Virus record (IMG/VR): IMGVR_UViG_3300028886_000041
Reading direction: 5' to 3' (one strand)
Origin: a virus
Taxonomy: Duplodnaviria > Caudoviricetes
DNA: 64,000 nt
Made by a program: the position numbers and the translations under genes. The notes beneath the pieces were generated by a model that did not search any database, was not told the origin of the DNA, and saw only the letters and a list, made by a program, of their open reading frames with translations. Shown in pieces: positions 47,701 through 58,300 of this stretch (the first letter of the stretch is position 1; every line of letters begins with the position of its first letter).

Positions 47701-48238
47701 CTTCGTGATTAAATAAATATAATTTATCTTCGTCTAATATATAATTAAATTTTACTTTATTATTAATATCATCAGTAATACCTATATTCCCTGTAGGTGT
47801 AAGCATTAGATAATATATAGTACCAATATTATCCCCTTCTTCATTGACAGTATTATTTACAAATGTTTTAATATAACATTTTTCGTTTTCGAAACATATT
47901 TCAAAATAATTTGTTGGTGTATCACTTATTTGTAATCCTTGTGTTATATCACTAACCGATAAATAATATCCACTATTTTTAATATATGTAACCAAATGAT
48001 AATTATTATTATCTACTTTAGTTATATCAACATAATCACTTAACTTTTTATTATCAGTTAAATAATATATACTATAATTATTAATAGAATGATCTCGAGA
48101 ATTATGTAATATTTCGTTAAAAAATACGTTATATCCTAAATTAGTAGTTGAGTAAGAATTATTAAATTGCAATATATCATCATTTTTATAGTGCAATTTT
48201 AACGGACTTAAATACTTATTTACATTTTTAATATCCAT
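44792..48238 (-). CDS. large virion structural protein (LamG-like segments)
   Basis: 1148 aa; LNGSRY..LSFSF and IEIYKNGKL..LYKNILT LamG-like pieces. Confidence 0.6.
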   Translation of the reverse strand: MDIKNVNKYLSPLKLHYKNDDILQFNNSYSTTNLGYNVFFNEILHNSRDHSINNYSIYYLTDNKKLSDYVDITKVDNNNYHLVTYIKNSGYYLSVSDITQGLQISDTPTNYFEICFENEKCYIKTFVNNTVNEEGDNIGTIYYLMLTPTGNIGITDDINNKVKFNYILDEDKLYLFNHEDSGSQNGVITLIESIFKVITGSTSYFDESQTFILTNPSNIKNNVNINTGFGVYGNKTLDIDHYKSIYDLSNNILMNSQYSYLDGDNIDVDLLVLKNQVTPRGYLSKTDLTPNLNFREYTSLFTGSNQETGNALLTLNYNYYLTDLQIKPGVNTFTTPSSLSPLPSSININDIAFEDSGAFGYVNPSLADKIYKLNDNNLIKSYAWLSCSDLDDKGIWLSRYYNPLLTNVQNIATNPAKVINNVTDIDKIFYEHNEIVKDGYIDIVSDLTINPSTTYIYKRITNREIDNFNNNNKNLILSSIKLLNTDDTYVYDEDVENDIYTLNGSRYAKVPVKDYMYNNQLSFSFCLNSVDYNKVIADQIFGNLNCYGFTFKKNVVTTPLPIITFAGGVTFGTTNDNWETINGTLGGGLSYLNHDTWSTYLYDWNRFLFSSDMDVNGNYVYNTDLSLIDILPIYDAYLKLVRVEHNDFYYVVYQQQIMRMDSNGIELLSFNFNENNIINENIVSVSYDENNLYGISNVGNIYEISYNDEDIKTITNESITAETGILLSPNSYNIVFKQDDKYFLASSTAGITEQDYRYGLFYDGEDIDNNHRHIHHIYYFNPNSVNKKINYIDNKQASIFFTAKSIQDFKILDDYVGIAYDESKLDIYNTDRDLLFRYNFNDINKKIFAFDYVSEIRDNKIKKYFIVVTVDKVYDKYGREITEITGDSEFTLRKNPYDYVSLYKLEDFNLELITKTNYRGHNLKQGETRLTNYSLIKKLHDQYNDYYIKYKLTNKYNNRINTRIINLPDFEPGDNNMVINFNGIDGNIEIYKNGKLIITDNFEIGKYISENIFDENMLIGTDSFYNIPLFKHIKQNNYFTDGLQIKYFKLYKNILTKDEVKILNMQHNKVDDIVLNIPCGERNKTETINRMFKQSVPGFKTNKFNIVVKNIDVNENDKKSLKKAINSIIPSKLPIQTNINDIIFRFTT

Positions 48239-48519
48239 TAAGAATTATCCGAATCTGATTTCGTTACATCAAGAAAATATTGTATATTATTTTCTTCATC
48301 TCTTATTTCGTTTATTGTTAATTTATACCAAGTATTGGATATTCCACCATCAGCTTTGAATAAAATTCCACCGTCTACAAATTTAAGACCTCTAATAGGA
48401 ATACGGCGCTCATATCTTCCTGCGCTATCTCTTTGATGGCCATCATACCCAACTATATACAAATCTTCATCTGCAGCAGACGGAGTAGAAAACGAACTGA
48501 AGTTTACTTTATTAGCCAT
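48238..48519 (-). CDS. small structural protein
   Basis: VNFSSF..DLYIVGYD; ATG 5 nt after TAAATA. Confidence 0.65.
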   Translation of the reverse strand: MANKVNFSSFSTPSAADEDLYIVGYDGHQRDSAGRYERRIPIRGLKFVDGGILFKADGGISNTWYKLTINEIRDEENNIQYFLDVTKSDSDNS

Positions 48520-48527
48520 GTAAATAT

Positions 48528-49304
48528 TTAGTTATCAGGGTCAAAATTATTATACATTATTTTAGACCAGGATGATGTTGTAACAGTGGTTGCATCGTAT
48601 TGTTTGTGTGATCTTATAGCACTTAATGAATTATCACTATAATCTCGTTCATTTAACCCAGCAAAATAATTAGTATTAACTTGATAAATAAGACCACCTG
48701 CTGTATGTTCTGGTTTAAATAACCATGTTTTAATGGTAAATCCCAATGTTGCCTCATATAACATATCTGATTTGGCGTCTATACTATTTGTCGGCATTGA
48801 TAAACTTATATTTCCATCCCATTCAACCGGCGAACGAATTTCATGAAAATTAGGCAACTGAAATTCTAATGGAACAGCCCAAGAAATAACAATATATGGA
48901 TTGGGATATGGCGCAATATTTGATATCATTTGCCATAAATCGTCCTCGTTACGACTAATCATAGACATGGTTATTCCGATATCTATAGGCATAGGAGTAT
49001 TGTATTCCCCTATTTGTTTTTCCGATAAATTTATATATGTATTTGGAAGTATTTGATTAAATAAACGAGAATTATCTCTATTGATACTTTTAATTTCAAT
49101 AGCAATGACTGTTTGTTGGTAATTTTTTTGAGGATCAACAATATCCATCAACACACGCTGTTTGGGTGCATATACAAAACGAACCTTTATTCTATCTTTT
49201 TCTTGCCTATTTTTATTGTAACGTTTTACAACAACATCGTTAAAAGCGTTTTCAAATTGTTTTATAATATCTCGTATCTCAAAATGGTAATTATATTGTT
49301 TCAT
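48528..49304 (-). CDS. T4 gp15-like tail terminator
   Basis: Y.YH.EIR..I..F...FNDV.V.R, V...YAPKQR, PMP.DI...MS, QMI..IAPY.NP. Confidence 0.85.
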   Translation of the reverse strand: MKQYNYHFEIRDIIKQFENAFNDVVVKRYNKNRQEKDRIKVRFVYAPKQRVLMDIVDPQKNYQQTVIAIEIKSINRDNSRLFNQILPNTYINLSEKQIGEYNTPMPIDIGITMSMISRNEDDLWQMISNIAPYPNPYIVISWAVPLEFQLPNFHEIRSPVEWDGNISLSMPTNSIDAKSDMLYEATLGFTIKTWLFKPEHTAGGLIYQVNTNYFAGLNERDYSDNSLSAIRSHKQYDATTVTTSSWSKIMYNNFDPDN

Positions 49305-50016
49305 CTTCGTTTGTATTTAAGTCCTCAGGAGTTATTATATATATTGGATAACCATTTATAGTAGTTAAATATGTAGATGGTTTTTTTATTAATGTAATTT
49401 GCTCATAATCAACATCATCTTTGCTAACGATTTTTTTAGATGTTATTGCATTAGAACGATTAGCTTGTTGTTTTAAACAATAATTAATAATATAATTTGT
49501 TTTTGACTCAAGTGTCAAGAATACGTAATTATAATCATTAAGTATATATTGTGAATTTAAAATGGTTAAATCCCCTAAAATATCAAAAAAATCAAAACCT
49601 GTAAATAAAAATTTAATTTTTATATAATTAACTTCTCCATCCATTGTATAACATTTCATATATGTTAAATATGTCCCGCTTGATAACGACTCCCCATATT
49701 CTAATTTATATTCATGTTCAAATAATGACAATATAGGAGAATCATCGTCAGATTTAATAACATTCAACATATTCCCTCTATAATTTTTAGTATCACGATA
49801 ATCTATACTGTAATCAGTATTAAATATTATTTTTGTTGAATCATTAGGATCAGTAGTTACATTCCAATCAATATCTATTTTAATTATTTTTTTATTTTGT
49901 TCATTTTTTAACAATTCTTTAATATTGAAAACTACAATATTATTATTAAACAAATATATATTTGTTGGATCACTGGTATTATTAAATCCTGTAATGGCTA
50001 CATATGTTTTTTTCAT
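49291..50016 (-). CDS. hypothetical structural protein
   Basis: 241 aa within baseplate operon. Confidence 0.6.
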   Translation of the reverse strand: MKKTYVAITGFNNTSDPTNIYLFNNNIVVFNIKELLKNEQNKKIIKIDIDWNVTTDPNDSTKIIFNTDYSIDYRDTKNYRGNMLNVIKSDDDSPILSLFEHEYKLEYGESLSSGTYLTYMKCYTMDGEVNYIKIKFLFTGFDFFDILGDLTILNSQYILNDYNYVFLTLESKTNYIINYCLKQQANRSNAITSKKIVSKDDVDYEQITLIKKPSTYLTTINGYPIYIITPEDLNTNEDETI

Positions 50017-52814
50017 TATCTTATTTCTATATAATTACCGGTTGAACTTGACAATATATCAAATGTGTTACCATATAATACGTCAACTATATTAATGTTA
50101 TATGTTTTATTTGTTAACATATTAACATTATAAAATGTATTACTATATAATAAAATATAATCAATATTATTTATAAATGACATATTATATAAATAAGGAA
50201 TATCATTATAATTATAACATATAATACCCAAATTATATAAATTATTCATTGTATTATATATTAATTTTGGAATTGTTATTCGTCTTATGAAATTAATAGA
50301 ACTCCAATCGAAATTTTCATTTATAAACGATTCATTTGTTATTTTAATAGTTTCTATTGATAAATTATTTTTATCTATTAATTTTAAGGATGGGGCATAA
50401 AAATCACCAGTCAATGAACTAAACTCGGTTGAATAATTTATCATCTGAACATACGCAATTTTACCTATTGATTCTATATAAAAATACGTAGATGGTTTAT
50501 CAATATAACCATTACGTTTATCTATATACATTGGGGAATATGGTGATTTAATAAATTTACCATTTTCATATATTATTTTGTCATATACAATATAATTTGG
50601 TGTTGTAACTAATAAAACATCATCAATAACGTCAATATCAATAATAGCTTTATCTTCTAATAATTCTTGATATAATAACGAAGGTATGCTAGGTTGGTAA
50701 TATTTGTCAAAAATAGTTTTTAAAGCACTATCATATCGTTCTATTTTACCATCTGTTACGTTTTTAACGTAAAATTCGCCTACTTTTTCAGCGCGTTCAG
50801 TTAAAGTTGTTACATTATTATTAGAATAAGAATCGTCTTTTTTGTTTATTGACGGGTCAATATTTATTATATTAATTGTTTCAATATTTTCATCTTTATA
50901 TTCATCTTGGGTGTAAAATCTGCCACCATCATATAATACAGGCATTTGTTCAGATGCTATAAATGTATTAGTAGACGAGAAATCTATAGTTGTTAATGCA
51001 TGGGAATATAATTCATTTGTAAATTCAGGAATTGATATTGTATATTTACCTTCACTATTATTATTAACTATAGAAATCGCACCACATTCAACCAAAATAT
51101 CATAACTTATATTTTTTTCATTAGGCCAATCACTCTCAGCTGTTGAATATGAACTTAATCCTAATGGGCTGGTATCAATTACATAGCCATCAACACAAAT
51201 ATTAAATTTACGATATTTATTTGTATTATAATCAAAATTATTATTACTAAAATTACCCATCGGTAATGTATAATAAAATAAAGATGAAACATCATTATCA
51301 ATTGTTAACGGAGTATAATATGAAAAATTATCTAAATTGCTATTTAAAATTTTATTAATATTTTTATTAATATCGTATGTATTTGATTTGTTATAATTAA
51401 TATCTTTAAATAATACATATTCATTACCAAATTGATCTATCTTATTCCTTGTGATAACTCCGTTATTTATAAAATTTTCAAATCCATGAAAAACTATTTT
51501 ATCTTTATCTAAAGCATCTTGTTGTTGTTCAGCTGATGAATAACCATAAAAATATTGCAATAATGGGTCTGTTTTAGGGGTACCATAAGCATACTGTGAA
51601 GTATAATTTAATTTATTTTGATCATTGTCAACCACCCATATTAATTGTGGAATACTATATTTTGAATATTTATTAGGATCTGGATAAACATATATCGAAT
51701 TTGGAGATAATTTCGATGTGTTGACTTCATATTTCAAATTATTTGTGTTATAAAATAATAAACCAAATTTATCAGGTTTAAAATTAACACCTATATTACG
51801 AATATCATCAAAAGTATTATATTCAACTGTAGGAGTATTTAAAATATCATTATTTAAAATATTAAAAATGGCATTATCCGCTTTTACTAATAATCCAGAA
51901 ACAACTTCACTATTTGAATTTGTTGAAAGATAATAATAATCAGTGCCGGTATATCTTTCAACCATCGATTTTTGCAATGATAAAATAACATCATTAGTAT
52001 TATTTGTTTTTGCATTTTCGATAAAATCTTTTATAGGTAAATAATCAATATCTTCAGTCGTTAACGAAGGGTTAACACTAAACGCAAATATTTTATTTTC
52101 ATATAAATAAAAAGGATATTGTCTTATTGCATCAATTATTGCATTATCATAATCATAAAACGATTTGTAATTAATATCATTAGTTTGATATGCACTTAAA
52201 GAATTTTTTTCAAAATAATCATTATTATCATATAATTCTTCTATATCAACTGCTAATACTTCTTTTATATTATCAATTTCATCAATACCAATACTATAAT
52301 TAGCATTATTTGATATTAATTCATCAATTATTAAATCTTTAATTGTCGTTGCTGCATCTTTTGATGTATTAATATCTAATAATTGAGTTGTTCTTAATTT
52401 AAAATCATTTCTTTTATTTAGATAATATTCACAAATTGTATTAATTTTGCGTATGTAGAAAGGTAAAATTATATCTAATAAATTATTTAATTCAGTTGGG
52501 TTATTTAAAATATCTTCAGTAATTATTAGATTTGATAAAAATCTTTTTTCTTCTGCTGTTGAATAATCTATTGAAATTTCTTTTAATAATGCATAATATT
52601 GTTGTTGAATAATTTGTTTATACAAATTAACATCAACTTGATTGTTTTTAGCAACACACCATTGTTGTATATATTCATTATACTCATTAATAATATATTT
52701 TACATTAATAGATTGATCGTAAAATTTTAAAAATCTTATAAACGAGTATGGCTTATCATCATCATAAACCTCATTAGAATTATTAACAATAGAATTGAGA
52801 ATATCAGCCAGCAT
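50016..52814 (-). CDS. large baseplate-associated protein
   Basis: 932 aa between gp6-like and gp15-like genes. Confidence 0.6.
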   Translation of the reverse strand: MLADILNSIVNNSNEVYDDDKPYSFIRFLKFYDQSINVKYIINEYNEYIQQWCVAKNNQVDVNLYKQIIQQQYYALLKEISIDYSTAEEKRFLSNLIITEDILNNPTELNNLLDIILPFYIRKINTICEYYLNKRNDFKLRTTQLLDINTSKDAATTIKDLIIDELISNNANYSIGIDEIDNIKEVLAVDIEELYDNNDYFEKNSLSAYQTNDINYKSFYDYDNAIIDAIRQYPFYLYENKIFAFSVNPSLTTEDIDYLPIKDFIENAKTNNTNDVILSLQKSMVERYTGTDYYYLSTNSNSEVVSGLLVKADNAIFNILNNDILNTPTVEYNTFDDIRNIGVNFKPDKFGLLFYNTNNLKYEVNTSKLSPNSIYVYPDPNKYSKYSIPQLIWVVDNDQNKLNYTSQYAYGTPKTDPLLQYFYGYSSAEQQQDALDKDKIVFHGFENFINNGVITRNKIDQFGNEYVLFKDINYNKSNTYDINKNINKILNSNLDNFSYYTPLTIDNDVSSLFYYTLPMGNFSNNNFDYNTNKYRKFNICVDGYVIDTSPLGLSSYSTAESDWPNEKNISYDILVECGAISIVNNNSEGKYTISIPEFTNELYSHALTTIDFSSTNTFIASEQMPVLYDGGRFYTQDEYKDENIETINIINIDPSINKKDDSYSNNNVTTLTERAEKVGEFYVKNVTDGKIERYDSALKTIFDKYYQPSIPSLLYQELLEDKAIIDIDVIDDVLLVTTPNYIVYDKIIYENGKFIKSPYSPMYIDKRNGYIDKPSTYFYIESIGKIAYVQMINYSTEFSSLTGDFYAPSLKLIDKNNLSIETIKITNESFINENFDWSSINFIRRITIPKLIYNTMNNLYNLGIICYNYNDIPYLYNMSFINNIDYILLYSNTFYNVNMLTNKTYNINIVDVLYGNTFDILSSSTGNYIEIR

Positions 52815-52864
52815 TTTTCAAAATATGTAAATATTTAGTGACTAAATTTTATATGTACAACAAA

Positions 52865-55231
52865 TTAAGAAATAATCAAATTACTATATAATGTCTGTGA
52901 AATATATTTGGTTTTTGTTTCTGACCAATTATCTAAATTATCAATATCTGATAATTGAATGGTACTATATTTATTATCTAAATCTAATAAATTACCCAAT
53001 ATTTCCATATTTGAACTAATAGACGGAATATATTCATAAAATTCATAATAATCACTTAATTTAAATGATGGTGGTAATATTAAATTCCATCCCCATCCTA
53101 TATCAGATAATTCTTTTGTTTCGGTATTTATATTTAATTTATAATTTTTTAATGGGTATACATATTTACCATCAATAGAAGAAATACCTTGATATATTTG
53201 ATTTAAATCTGATAAGGGTAAATTATCTGTGTGATTTACTATTAAATTAGTATTTATTATCGAATAATGTTCTGAAAATTTTTCTTTAGCAAGTATATTA
53301 ACACCTGCTGTTATATTATAAGTATTAATATCTAAAAGATTTCCTTTATTTTTTCCATAAACATTGCCAATATAACCTTTTTTATCAAAATCTATATTAT
53401 AATAATTATAAAAACCTTTTAATCTACTTAAATTAATAGAAAATAAATCAATAACTCTACGGAAATTAGGTGGGTATATGTAATTTACATCAGCAATATA
53501 TAAATTCATCATATAATAACGGTCATATAATGTATCAATTGTACATGTATCTATATCAACTAAATTACTAATATAATTTGATATTCTTTCAAATGTTTTA
53601 ACCGTAAAAGAATTAGGGTCATTAACATTTCCATATAAAGTATCTACAAAATTATCTAAATTTTCATGTGAATTTAAAGTTGGTAATAAATTATTTTTAT
53701 GGTATTGTTCTGCAAGTGAAAAATCTTCATTTATTTTACGTATATCTGTATTAGTTTGATCAATTATATTAAATGAATTTGATTGTGTTATAAATGGAGG
53801 ATTTACAATTTCTTTCGTAATTACATTACACGATAAAGATATTGTTATAAAACAATTATACACATCAGAATTTTCTGTATTATAAGTTATAATACCTTTT
53901 AAATATCCTCCTTTTTCTGAATTATATGGCGACGGTTGTTGTATTTCTTCGGATATTAAATTGTATGAAGAAGTTGGAACTTTTCGTTCATTAAAATCAC
54001 TATCCAAATAATTTATTTGAATATCCCCAATCGGTGTATCACTATCATTAAATGAAATATAATATTTTTCATCATCCTTATCTTGAACTTTGAGATTCCT
54101 TATGAAAGAAATAGGATAATTATATGAATGTTCCCCAGTATCAATAGGAATTGTATTTCTAAATATAAAATTTATTGGTAATCCTTTATATTTATAAGTA
54201 AAAATATCAAATAATTCACTATCAATACCAGATGAAGTTATATATCCACTTACTTTATTATTGAGATCTTCATAACTCAATATATTATAAAATTTAAACC
54301 CATATGGTTTAGATAGCATAATAGGATAATTTATTGCATTATTGATATTATTTTCAACATCATAATTAACTCTAAATGGAGCTTCATCCAATGAAACTTC
54401 AATAATAGTTGGAAATGCGGTTATATCATCAGAAGATAAAGAAGGATTACCACTGTATCGAAAACTACATGTTGCAGAAGTTCCTATAAAGGTAGCACCA
54501 GGAGCATAATCAATATATTCCGGTAGCCCATCAGTCTTATTTCTTGTAATATAAATTGGTGTCCCTTTTATAGTTACACTATTAATTGGTTGATCTTCAT
54601 CATCAATAAATTTATCTGTAGCCGCCAAATGGGAATAAGCATGTGAATTATATACATCTGAATTTAATAAAGGATATAACGATTTATCAACATTTAAATT
54701 AACTTTATTTATACCTTTATTAATTTCATATGTTTGCCAAGATGTAAAAACATTTACACCAAATGTGATTACAGGCGATCTATCCCATAAACAAACCCAA
54801 TTAGTATCTAATCCTGATAAACCAGATAATAAAGAAGATCCTGATATTGGAGATAATCCATCAGTATCAATATATGAAATAAAATCACTATAAACATTAT
54901 ATTCATAATCAGGGGTAAAATTATATATATGAACAGTTTTCGTTATACCATTTTTATAAATTGTATATTTTTTATTTTCATCAACACCAACTAATTGTAA
55001 TGAAATTTCATATATACCAGGAGCTTTATACCAGTGGGTGGGGGATGTTTCACTAGAAAATGTTCCATCGCCAAATTGCCATATAAAATCATGGTCAGCA
55101 ATATAATCCGGAATGGAATCTTTATCAACTTCAAATCGAAATTTATAGATATCTAATGTATATCCTTTATCAGTAGGGGTATTAGTTAGATCATCTAATA
55201 TTTTGAATTGAACGATTGGATTTAAAGCCAT
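52865..55231 (-). CDS. PKD-domain baseplate wedge protein (gp7-like position)
   Basis: FIWQFGDGT..SPTHWYKAPGIYEISL PKD motif; follows gp6. Confidence 0.7.
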   Translation of the reverse strand: MALNPIVQFKILDDLTNTPTDKGYTLDIYKFRFEVDKDSIPDYIADHDFIWQFGDGTFSSETSPTHWYKAPGIYEISLQLVGVDENKKYTIYKNGITKTVHIYNFTPDYEYNVYSDFISYIDTDGLSPISGSSLLSGLSGLDTNWVCLWDRSPVITFGVNVFTSWQTYEINKGINKVNLNVDKSLYPLLNSDVYNSHAYSHLAATDKFIDDEDQPINSVTIKGTPIYITRNKTDGLPEYIDYAPGATFIGTSATCSFRYSGNPSLSSDDITAFPTIIEVSLDEAPFRVNYDVENNINNAINYPIMLSKPYGFKFYNILSYEDLNNKVSGYITSSGIDSELFDIFTYKYKGLPINFIFRNTIPIDTGEHSYNYPISFIRNLKVQDKDDEKYYISFNDSDTPIGDIQINYLDSDFNERKVPTSSYNLISEEIQQPSPYNSEKGGYLKGIITYNTENSDVYNCFITISLSCNVITKEIVNPPFITQSNSFNIIDQTNTDIRKINEDFSLAEQYHKNNLLPTLNSHENLDNFVDTLYGNVNDPNSFTVKTFERISNYISNLVDIDTCTIDTLYDRYYMMNLYIADVNYIYPPNFRRVIDLFSINLSRLKGFYNYYNIDFDKKGYIGNVYGKNKGNLLDINTYNITAGVNILAKEKFSEHYSIINTNLIVNHTDNLPLSDLNQIYQGISSIDGKYVYPLKNYKLNINTETKELSDIGWGWNLILPPSFKLSDYYEFYEYIPSISSNMEILGNLLDLDNKYSTIQLSDIDNLDNWSETKTKYISQTLYSNLIIS

Positions 55232-55235
55232 TTAT

Positions 55236-57086
55236 TTAACTTTCTATTTCAATAATAATATTATTATAAAGAGAATCTTTATTATATAAATATGGGTATT
55301 GAAAGAAATCCAATGAAATATCATTAGAAGTTGATATCAGATCAATTCCATTATATACAGGATTCCAATATAAGAAATTTAACCCGTTTATATTTACTCC
55401 ATTACGCCTTGTATGAATACTTTTTACACCACTTAACCCTAATATATAGTTAACGATATTTGTTATACTAATTGTTTGACCCAACGTATTATTAGTAAAT
55501 AATGCATTTATGGCCTCGTTTATCTCTGATTTTATTAATTCATTATTTCTTCTAGATGATTTATATTTAGTTATAACTATTTGTGTTTCATCTATTATAT
55601 CGTCAATTGTTTGAGATGTAAATTCATTTTCCTTGTTTATCAAATCATCAGAAATAAACCCAGCACCGACTGCAAAAGCCATATATACAGGGTCCATGGC
55701 TACTATATTTGAAGTAACCATTGTATTATCAGATATTTTATTAACAATATTTTGTTTTTGTGCTGGTGAAACAAATGCGAATGTTCCATCACCATTTAAT
55801 GCCCCTATAGAAGGCACCATATATACATATATATTTCCAAAATTACAAGATGTAGAAAAATTAACCTGATTAAATAATATACGAGCATCTTTATTTGCAT
55901 TAGTCAACCCCAATGAATTTTGAAAATAATTCATATGGCCATTTAAAAAGGATGTATTATTAACAACAGCAACATCAGCTAAAACATTTCTAAAATTTTG
56001 TTGTATAAAAGACTTAATACTTTCCGCTTTTAATAAATTTGTATGTGTAAATACTTTTGGTGCATTATTTCTTATTTCATCAACGGTTTCGGGTAAAACA
56101 AATGGTGTTGATTTATTTTTATTTGAAAAATGAATTTTAATTATATCGGTAGTGGATATATAAGGAACAACCGCTACATCATTCATTATTTCATTAAACT
56201 GTGTAGTATTATAAAATTTTAAAATAGCATCATTATTAACATCGTTCGCATCAATTTCACCATTTGATCCATCTGATTTTAAATAATAAATTGCAACTTC
56301 GTCACCAGCATTTAATTGTTTACCATTTATATTATTACCAAATGTAAATTCGTAATATCCATTTTCATTTAAACGTTTGGTATATTTTAATGCTGTATTA
56401 TTTTCTAAAAATAAATTTTCAGCTTCGGTATATTCTTGCCACAATTTTGTAATAGAATCTTTAACAAATACAGAAAAATTAAAATGATCCACATAAACTG
56501 CTGATTGCTCTAAACTTTTATTATTATTAGGTATGAGTGTAATTACTTCAAACGGTTCACCTAATGCAGTTTGTAAAGGATGTTCAATAATATTACCTTG
56601 ATATAAAATATTATTTTTACTAAAAGTAGTTAATGTTTCATTTTCATCCCCCGTTTTAGTAAATGAAACATCTTGTGTAAAATAATATTTTGTTCCTAAA
56701 ACATCTAAAAAAGTATACCTAGGTATATTATATATATTAGGGGATAATGATGCATCAGCAGTTGCTTCAAACGTTAATGTACAGGTGGAATATCCAATAG
56801 GTTTATAATTAATTAATTTAACAATTCTATTGATATTTTCATATAAAGACGCTTGTGTTATCAAACCTTCCGAACTAGTTTGATTCAAATAAAACATTAA
56901 CACATGGCCTAAATAAGCAAATATATCAGTAAATCCTGATATATTACTACCTTCATATACACCATCAGTAAATATTTTTGTCTGGCTTAATCTATCATTA
57001 ATGATTTGCTTCATTGATAATGCATCGAATGCAGCATAACCATTTTGATTTAAATAAAAAGAAGTATAAGCAGTATCTTGTGCCAT
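55236..57086 (-). CDS. T4 gp6-like baseplate wedge subunit
   Basis: FDALSMKQ..FTD..YEGSNIS, LINYKP, FTFGNNINGK, ETVDEIRNNAP. Confidence 0.9.
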   Translation of the reverse strand: MAQDTAYTSFYLNQNGYAAFDALSMKQIINDRLSQTKIFTDGVYEGSNISGFTDIFAYLGHVLMFYLNQTSSEGLITQASLYENINRIVKLINYKPIGYSTCTLTFEATADASLSPNIYNIPRYTFLDVLGTKYYFTQDVSFTKTGDENETLTTFSKNNILYQGNIIEHPLQTALGEPFEVITLIPNNNKSLEQSAVYVDHFNFSVFVKDSITKLWQEYTEAENLFLENNTALKYTKRLNENGYYEFTFGNNINGKQLNAGDEVAIYYLKSDGSNGEIDANDVNNDAILKFYNTTQFNEIMNDVAVVPYISTTDIIKIHFSNKNKSTPFVLPETVDEIRNNAPKVFTHTNLLKAESIKSFIQQNFRNVLADVAVVNNTSFLNGHMNYFQNSLGLTNANKDARILFNQVNFSTSCNFGNIYVYMVPSIGALNGDGTFAFVSPAQKQNIVNKISDNTMVTSNIVAMDPVYMAFAVGAGFISDDLINKENEFTSQTIDDIIDETQIVITKYKSSRRNNELIKSEINEAINALFTNNTLGQTISITNIVNYILGLSGVKSIHTRRNGVNINGLNFLYWNPVYNGIDLISTSNDISLDFFQYPYLYNKDSLYNNIIIEIES

Positions 57087-57110
57087 GATATATTAATTAT
57101 TTATCCTGCG

Positions 57111-57617
57111 TTATTCACTATAAACGAACCCTGTTTGTGTTAGTTTGCCTAAAAAACTAAATGGTTTATTAACTACTGTATCACTAAATGCAGGTAAAGT
57201 ATAATATATATTAATTTCATATTCTGACTTCTCTTCATTCGGATAAACATTAATATTAGTTACAGTAATTCTAGGTTCATATAATTGTATTGATGCTAAA
57301 ATTGTTTCACCGATACTTTGAGCATAATAATAATCAACAGGGTAAAATAAAAATTGCATTAAATTCATACCATATTCAGGATTTAATATTTTTTGACCCT
57401 GTGTAGTAGTGAACAATGTTTTTAATGAATTTTTAATTGCTTCTTCATTATAACTTAATACCAAATCCTTACGATTTAATGAATGATATAATTGATTCTG
57501 AAATGTAAATTGTGTCTTTAAATCAATATTTAAATCACTATATATGATATCAATATCTGTTTTAGATGTAACATTAAGTTGTTCATCTAATTTTTTGATA
57601 TTATTTAATCTAATCAT
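57111..57617 (-). CDS. T4 gp25-like baseplate protein
   Basis: YSDL, AIKNSL..LFTT..GQKILNPEYG, YEPRI. Confidence 0.92.
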   Translation of the reverse strand: MIRLNNIKKLDEQLNVTSKTDIDIIYSDLNIDLKTQFTFQNQLYHSLNRKDLVLSYNEEAIKNSLKTLFTTTQGQKILNPEYGMNLMQFLFYPVDYYYAQSIGETILASIQLYEPRITVTNINVYPNEEKSEYEINIYYTLPAFSDTVVNKPFSFLGKLTQTGFVYSE

Positions 57618-57658
57618 AAAAATATTTATTTCTTGCGGTTTTTTAATAAATACTTTAT

Positions 57659-58300
57659 ATGGCCAAACAATATAAATTGTTAATTGAAAATTTTTTAAAC
57701 CGTGGTAATAACGCAGGTTTTGCTATTCGTGATATCGTTAAAATAGTTGATAATTACAAATCAACCGATTTTTTCAAAAAAGCACATAAAAATATTCAAA
57801 AACTTATAGAAAAATTTGCTTCTGAAGATAAACCGTTAAGAGTTCTTGATATTAAAACATCAAAACCTATTCCAGGTAATAGTATTAATAATGCTGAAGC
57901 ACGGGGTGATGAAGTAAGTATTGAAATTGTCCAAGAATATGCACCACATAGAACTGATAATTCTCTATCTATTTTAGTGTGCCCTTGCTTATTAGAAATC
58001 GTTGAAGAAGGCTATCCAAATTTACCAAAAATTCCTGATTCTTATTATAGAAAATCCAAAGAATATATTGAAGAATTAGAAGATGAAGAAGGTGCAGTTA
58101 CTCCTATAACATTCGATAATACTAGAAAGTCAATGCAAGAAGGTAAATTAAAAAATACAGAAGCATTTTTACAGAATAAAAATATAAAAATACCAACTGT
58201 TAAAAATAAAATTCCATCAAATATAGTATCGAAAAATATAAAAATTAAAGAAAGTAAAGATACCTTAATGGATGAATATGTTAAATTATTAAGCGAGTAA
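57659..58300 (+). CDS. hypothetical late protein
   Basis: 213 aa; ATG 6 nt after AATAAATA. Confidence 0.7.
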   Translation: MAKQYKLLIENFLNRGNNAGFAIRDIVKIVDNYKSTDFFKKAHKNIQKLIEKFASEDKPLRVLDIKTSKPIPGNSINNAEARGDEVSIEIVQEYAPHRTDNSLSILVCPCLLEIVEEGYPNLPKIPDSYYRKSKEYIEELEDEEGAVTPITFDNTRKSMQEGKLKNTEAFLQNKNIKIPTVKNKIPSNIVSKNIKIKESKDTLMDEYVKLLSE